Assembly (NCBI GenBank): GCA_963706575.1
Contig: CAVPNL010000001.1
Span: 416,001-480,000 of the forward strand
DNA from: an uncultured delta proteobacterium
GTDB taxonomy: Bacteria; Desulfobacterota; Desulfobacteria; Desulfobacterales; JAHEIW01
Direction: 5' to 3'
DNA length: 64,000 nt
Numbering within the stretch: the first letter of the stretch is position 1; each line of letters begins with the position of its first letter. The notes under the pieces are model-generated. The model worked only from the letters and a program-made list of their open reading frames with translations. It was not told the origin of the DNA and ran no database searches. The position numbers were made by a program, and so were the translations under genes. Of the stretch, positions 59,259 through 64,000 are shown in pieces.

Positions 59259-60257
59259 TGCATCTATGTTTCTTAATGCTTCTTTAAGCGCCCGTCGAAC
59301 AAGGACCGATACCATTTGACTGCGGTAATCCACATTGGCGCCGACATTATCGACCGCAAAAGTCGAAGCTATGTCCATGCACTGACTGGCGACTTCGGCT
59401 ATGACTTCTGCATCCGTTATGCTGATTCCTTCAAGAAGTCGGGCGACCTGATTGAGCAATAAGGGGGCTCTGCTCATGGAGCCGACCGCAATTCTGGCTG
59501 TCTTGACAATTGCATCGTTTGTCTGGATAAAAACACCCACCGAAGCGATCGGGTAGTCAATGGCGGATCGATAGGCCAATCTTTTATAGGCGCTATAGGC
59601 ACCCGGGTCTGATAGCGGGACATGAATGTAAGTCAGAATTTCTCCGGGTTCCAGGGTAAGCGGGTGTTCTCCCACAGTCGAGTAGAGGTCCACAAGGGGA
59701 ATCCGTTTTTCACCCTGTACACCGGCAATGGTTATCTCTGCATCCAGTGCCAGCAGGGCCGTTGCGCCGTCCGATTGAAATGTGGCATGGCAGCGGTCTG
59801 AGTCCGCCCGGGCATAGCAGGTTTGCCCCCCGGCCTTGTGGCAGGGCGCTTTTCCTAAGCGCCATGCTGCAGACTGGTTGTAAAACAGGCATCTGGCGTC
59901 TTGGCAGAGGTTGCCGCCAATGGTCCCGCTGTGGTGCTGGATGGACGGGGCACCGATGGCTTCCATGGCCTGGGATAAAGCAGATAAATGTTTTTTAACG
60001 TCACTTGATGCCGCCACGGCGGCAAGAGATGTCCGTGCACCGATGGTAAGCTCGCCATTTTGCCGGGTGATGCCGTCCAACTCATCCAAGCTCTTGAGAC
60101 TCAAAAGATAGGCCGGCTGGCAGAGCCGCTTTTTCATCCGTACCAGCAGATCGGTGCCGCCGCCGAGGATGTGGCACGCCTCGCCGTGGGTGTTTAAAAG
60201 ATCCAGTGCTTTCTCAAGCGTTTCCGGTTCCAGGTACTTAAAACGGGGTAAACGCAA
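59256..60257 (-). CDS. FAD subunit with [4Fe-4S] insertion (HcrB-like)
   Basis: GGGTDL, TIGGNLCQDARC.FYNQ...PCHK...TCY...RCHA insertion; TTG start behind GGAGGA. Confidence 0.9.
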   Translation of the reverse strand: MRLPRFKYLEPETLEKALDLLNTHGEACHILGGGTDLLVRMKKRLCQPAYLLSLKSLDELDGITRQNGELTIGARTSLAAVAASSDVKKHLSALSQAMEAIGAPSIQHHSGTIGGNLCQDARCLFYNQSAAWRLGKAPCHKAGGQTCYARADSDRCHATFQSDGATALLALDAEITIAGVQGEKRIPLVDLYSTVGEHPLTLEPGEILTYIHVPLSDPGAYSAYKRLAYRSAIDYPIASVGVFIQTNDAIVKTARIAVGSMSRAPLLLNQVARLLEGISITDAEVIAEVASQCMDIASTFAVDNVGANVDYRSQMVSVLVRRALKEALRNIDA

Positions 60258-60326
60258 TATGTCCTCCTGATATGATGATTATTATCTGTTTAGTCAGTTG
60301 ATTATTCGAATATTTTGGAATCAGCT

Positions 60327-61475
60327 TTATAGCTTGCCCAGTACTTCCCTAGAGATAACGATCTTCTCAACCTCCTTGGTTCCTTCATAAATCTCTAAAA
60401 CCTTGGCAGCGCGGTAAAATCGTTCGATATCGTAATCGTTAAAGTAGCCGTAACCGCCGTGCAGCTGCAATGCTTCATCCACGACTTCAACCGCTATATG
60501 GCAGGCATACATTTTGGCCATGGCAGTCAATTTCGTATCCGGTTTGCCCTGATCGAGCAACCAGGCGGATTTGTAAGTCATGTTGCGGGCGGTTTCAACC
60601 TTAGTTGCCATTTCGGCAATTTTAAACTGGGTGCCCTGAAATGCGGCCAGGGGTCGACCGAATTGCTGTCTGCCCTTTACATGTTTAACTGCCATATCCA
60701 GAGCGCCCTGGGCAAGTCCGACGCCGTGAGCTGCAACATATGCCCGGGAGTGATCGAAAAATTTCATCAGCTGGATAAACCCGTTTCCTTCCACACCGAT
60801 CAAATTTTCCCGGGGGACGCGGCAATTGTTAAAATAAATGGCTGCTGTATCTGACGCCCGTAGGCCCATCTTGCCATGCATCGGATCGGCCTTATACCCT
60901 TCGCGATCGGTCTCCACCAGAATGATGCTGTGGCGGCCGGTTTTGGATTTCGCATCCGGGTCGGTAAGGCAGTAAACCAGCATATGGGTTCCAACGGTAC
61001 CGTTTCCGATCATCACTTTGCTGCCGTTGATGATATAGTCATCACCGTCTTTAACGGCAGAGGTCGTAGCCGCGGCTGTATCACTGCCGGCATCCGGCTC
61101 GGTAATAGCAAACCCTAAAATGCCATCACCGGTAAAAAGTTGGGGAAGGTACTTCTTTTTTTGCTCTTCTGTGCCGAAAAGAATCAGTTCTTCAGCTCCG
61201 AATGACACCGAGCAAAGCTCCTGCGCGATGCCCGGGTCCACTTTCCAGAACTCTTCCAGCACCAGGGCCTGCTCGAAAAAACCGAGTCCGGGTCCGCCGT
61301 ATTCTTCAGGGATGAAAAGTCCGATCAGATCCAGTTCGCGCGCTTTTTTCAGGATTTCTGCCGGAAACGTTTCATTGATGTCATATTCAAGCGCAACAGC
61401 CGGAAATTCACCCACTGCAAATTCGCGGGCTGCTCTTTGAATGTACTGCTGTTCTTTGGTCAGATCATAGTCCAT
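60327..61475 (-). CDS. Acyl-CoA dehydrogenase
   Basis: ITEPDAGSD, NGSK, KMG, RQQFG, QLHGGYG, IYEGT (catalytic Glu). Confidence 0.95.
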   Translation of the reverse strand: MDYDLTKEQQYIQRAAREFAVGEFPAVALEYDINETFPAEILKKARELDLIGLFIPEEYGGPGLGFFEQALVLEEFWKVDPGIAQELCSVSFGAEELILFGTEEQKKKYLPQLFTGDGILGFAITEPDAGSDTAAATTSAVKDGDDYIINGSKVMIGNGTVGTHMLVYCLTDPDAKSKTGRHSIILVETDREGYKADPMHGKMGLRASDTAAIYFNNCRVPRENLIGVEGNGFIQLMKFFDHSRAYVAAHGVGLAQGALDMAVKHVKGRQQFGRPLAAFQGTQFKIAEMATKVETARNMTYKSAWLLDQGKPDTKLTAMAKMYACHIAVEVVDEALQLHGGYGYFNDYDIERFYRAAKVLEIYEGTKEVEKIVISREVLGKL

Positions 61476-61549
61476 GGGTCGTTCCTCTCTATGTATGTTG
61501 AAATCCTTAGCATTCTAGTTTTTCAGAAACTTATTAGAATCCCCAAACC

Positions 61550-61648
61550 GGAATGATGGAATGGTGGAAAAATGGAATAATGGGTTTCGGAAGGCAGACA
61601 TCCCCTTTTAAAATCAACATTCCAGCATTCCATTATTCCAATGTTCCA
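61550..61648. repeat. Intergenic palindrome with 8-bp-period TGGAAT arms
   Basis: GGAATGATGGAATGGTGGAAAAATGGAATAATGG ... CATTCCAGCATTCCATTATTCCAATGTTCCA. Confidence 0.75.
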
Positions 61649-61704
61649 GATCGTATTTGCTCTTTCCTTAATATTTTAAATACATTTTCTATACTTAACC
61701 GGGA

Positions 61705-63267
61705 TCACAACGGGATGTTACCGTGTCGTTTTTTGATCTCAGGTCGCTGTTTATTGCGCAGCATCCTCAGGGCTTTGATTAACTCGGGTCGCGTTTCTTT
61801 AGGCTTGATGACGCTATCGACCAGCATATTGGAAGCTGCGTGGTAGGGATTCGAATATTTATAATCATATTCCTCGATTTTCTGCTGACGGAGTTCATCG
61901 GGATTTTCCGCAGCCTGAATTTCTTTGCGGAATATCAAATTCACGGCGGCTGTTGTATCCAGCACAACCAGTTGAGCAATCGGCCAGGCTAGCATCAGAT
62001 CAACTCCCATGCCGACACAGCACATCCCCATCACGGCGCCGCCGTATTCCTTGCGCAGGGCCAGCGTGATCTTGGGCACGGTGGCTTCTGAATAGGCATA
62101 GAGCATTTTAGCGCCATGACGGATAATTCCGGCATGCTCTTGGGCCACCCCGGGAAAATAGCCGGGCACATCCACAAAATTAATCAGGGGGATATTGAAC
62201 GCGTCGCAAAATCGAATGAAACGGGCGGCTTTGTCGGACGCATCGACATCCAGACACCCGGCCTTTATTCGCGGCTGATTGGCAACGATTCCGACGACAT
62301 GGCCGTCCATACGGGCAAAGCCGACGATAATATTCAGGGCGTAACGGCGCAGGACTTCAAAAAAGGTTGCCTGATCGACCACTCGCTCGATGACCTGATG
62401 CATGTCATAGGATTTTTTAAAGTCTGCGGGGACGATTTCCTTAAGCTTTTTGTCGATTCGTTCAGGATCATCACCGGTATTCACGATCGGTGGATTTTCA
62501 CTATTATTCGATGGCAGATAACTGAGCAGTTTTTTTATGAGTTCCAAACACTCTTCATCACTGTCGGCAACGAAATGCGCGGTTCCGGTGATCTCGCTGT
62601 GGACTTTGGCACCGCCGAGCTCTTCCAGACTGATATCTTCACCGGTCACTGATTTGATGATCCCGGGCCCGGTAATCACCATGTGGCTTTTGCCTTTTAC
62701 CATAACGATAAAATCGGTCAAGGCCGGCGAATAAACGGCCACCCCCGCACTGGATCCCATCATGCCGGTAATTTGAGGAATTAGGCCTGAAGCCGCCGTA
62801 TTGCGATAAAACATGCCGGCAACGCCTTTGGATGCGAAAAAGCCTTCATGCAATCGGCCGCCTCCGGAGTCATTTAAAGCCACCAGGGGCGCTTTAACTT
62901 TTATGGCCTCATCCATAATACGGCAGATTTTTTGCCCGTGGATGGTGCCGACGGACCCGCCGAGAACGGTAACGTCCTGGGCATAAGCAAATACCAGACG
63001 GCCTTCTATGTTGCCATAACCGGTAACCACACCGTCGCCAGGTACCTTCTTTTGCTGCATACCAAAAGCAACGGACTGACTTTCGGCCAATTTGTTGACC
63101 TCCACAAAACTGCCCGGATCGAAAAGCAGGTTAAGGCGTTCTCTGGCCGTCAATTTGCCTCTTTCGTGCTGGCGGTCGACCATCTTTTGACCGCCGCCGA
63201 TTTCGGCCTGTTGCTCAAGAGCCGCCAGCCTTTCCAATTCACTCTGATGTGTTTTGGATTTCGTCAT
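61705..63267 (-). CDS. Acyl-CoA carboxylase/decarboxylase carboxyltransferase subunit (PccB/MmdA-like)
   Basis: GKLTARERL, GDGVVTG, GGS, ITGP, DVPG, KRHGNIPL. Confidence 0.92.
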   Translation of the reverse strand: MTKSKTHQSELERLAALEQQAEIGGGQKMVDRQHERGKLTARERLNLLFDPGSFVEVNKLAESQSVAFGMQQKKVPGDGVVTGYGNIEGRLVFAYAQDVTVLGGSVGTIHGQKICRIMDEAIKVKAPLVALNDSGGGRLHEGFFASKGVAGMFYRNTAASGLIPQITGMMGSSAGVAVYSPALTDFIVMVKGKSHMVITGPGIIKSVTGEDISLEELGGAKVHSEITGTAHFVADSDEECLELIKKLLSYLPSNNSENPPIVNTGDDPERIDKKLKEIVPADFKKSYDMHQVIERVVDQATFFEVLRRYALNIIVGFARMDGHVVGIVANQPRIKAGCLDVDASDKAARFIRFCDAFNIPLINFVDVPGYFPGVAQEHAGIIRHGAKMLYAYSEATVPKITLALRKEYGGAVMGMCCVGMGVDLMLAWPIAQLVVLDTTAAVNLIFRKEIQAAENPDELRQQKIEEYDYKYSNPYHAASNMLVDSVIKPKETRPELIKALRMLRNKQRPEIKKRHGNIPL

Positions 63268-63375
63268 GGTTGTTTATCCTTTGTTGATTTCTAATGATTA
63301 TAGAGGTTTCAAAGATTGAGAAGGATTAAATCAAACTATTTGTGTTTTTTGCGGCTTACCGGCATTACCTGCAAC

Positions 63376-63405
63376 TGTATACTGTATACCATATGAAACT
63401 GTCAA
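63376..63405 (-). promoter_or_regulatory. Promoter with TGTATAC-T-GTATAC operator upstream of the carboxyltransferase operon
   Basis: TGTATACTGTATACC at 63376-63390; minus-strand TTGACA at 63405-63400. Confidence 0.55.
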
Positions 63406-63561
63406 TTATTAAAAATGTTCATTTTCATTCTAGACCTGTACTGTTTGCTTGGAATTTGATACATGAAATTTTCGCCATATTTCACAAATTAGGATCCGAT
63501 TTCTTTTGTTCATATGCAACCTTCAGCAGACACTATATAATTTTTAAAGGAGAAATTGAGC

Positions 63562-64000
63562 ATGTCCGGCAAAAAGAAGAAATTTTCAAGAAGAGATTTT
63601 ATTAAATCCGCTGGTGCAGCTAGTTTAGGATCGGTTCTGGTTCCTTTAAGCACTTTGAATCAAGCGCATGGCAGTACTTCAACGAAGACGCCTGAACATA
63701 TGATTGTGCCGAAGCGACCGTTTGGGAAAACAGGCGTTGATGTCTCAATCCTTTCACTGGGCGGCGTATTAAGGAGTTCTGACCTGTTAATATTCAGGCA
63801 GGCATTTAAAATGGGCGTAACCTACTGGGATACGGCGGATTCATATGGATGGGGTAAAAATGAAAAGGCAATCGGCAAATACTTTGCCAAGTTCCCAAAC
63901 GATCGCGAAAAAGTGTTCTTGGTAACTAAAGGCGGCACTTCAGACCCCAAAAAACTAACTGAGAAATTAAATACCTCACTTCAAAGAATGAATACATCGT
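63562..64000 (+). CDS. Aldo/keto reductase with Tat-type signal (3' truncated by window edge)
   Basis: Hand translation MSGKKKKFSRRDFIK...PKRPFGKTGVDVSILSLGG...WDTADSYG...FLVTK; RBS AAGGAG. Confidence 0.88.
   Translation, partial: MSGKKKKFSRRDFIKSAGAASLGSVLVPLSTLNQAHGSTSTKTPEHMIVPKRPFGKTGVDVSILSLGGVLRSSDLLIFRQAFKMGVTYWDTADSYGWGKNEKAIGKYFAKFPNDREKVFLVTKGGTSDPKKLTEKLNTSLQRMNTS

Noticed and set aside
46916..61648. Short repeat clusters as CRISPR arrays
   Set aside because: Units are 7-10 bp, inverted and lack unique spacers; no cas genes
63342..63605. 87-aa plus-strand ORF
   Set aside because: Spans promoter DNA and overlaps the aldo/keto reductase start in another frame

Overview
A roughly 45% GC (by eye), gene-dense chromosomal window from an anaerobic bacterium. 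Gene content and intergenic repeat style suggest Desulfobacterota/Desulfobacterales (inference). I found no rRNA, tRNA, CRISPR array, transposase or phage genes. There are four main blocks. (1) 1-7.8 kb: trpB2 end, a stand-alone B3/4 protein, iorAB copy 1, an ATPase, serC and an MFS transporter. (2) 8-26 kb: a GntR-associated catabolic island with a split B12 acyl-CoA mutase (non-canonical active site, two +1 frameshifts), a three-subunit xanthine-dehydrogenase-family molybdoenzyme plus CoxG, a class III CoA-transferase, an epimerase, NIPSNAP, two C-N hydrolases, a CoA ligase and a Liv-type ABC importer. A 16-bp AATTAAWTATTGAATT motif occurs in all of its promoter regions and also upstream of the ATPase-iorAB and MFS units. 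(3) 34.8-46.9 kb: an MBOAT, a catalytically degenerate AlgJ-like domain fused to an SGNH esterase, an FHA-nucleotide cyclase with non-canonical specificity residues, a PP2C phosphatase, a membrane Hanks kinase and a kinase-less paralogue, divergent from a LysM deacetylase and a LysM-TPR lipoprotein. (4) 47-64 kb: an HADH/ECH fusion, serA, iorAB copy 2, and an operon built around a 4-hydroxybenzoyl-CoA-reductase-like molybdoenzyme whose canonical catalytic Glu appears replaced; a TGTATAC-N-GTATAC operator links it to the HADH/serA promoter. Several intergenic palindromes with short-period tandem-repeat arms and one MITE-like element are present. All functional calls come from motif reading only; no searches were run.
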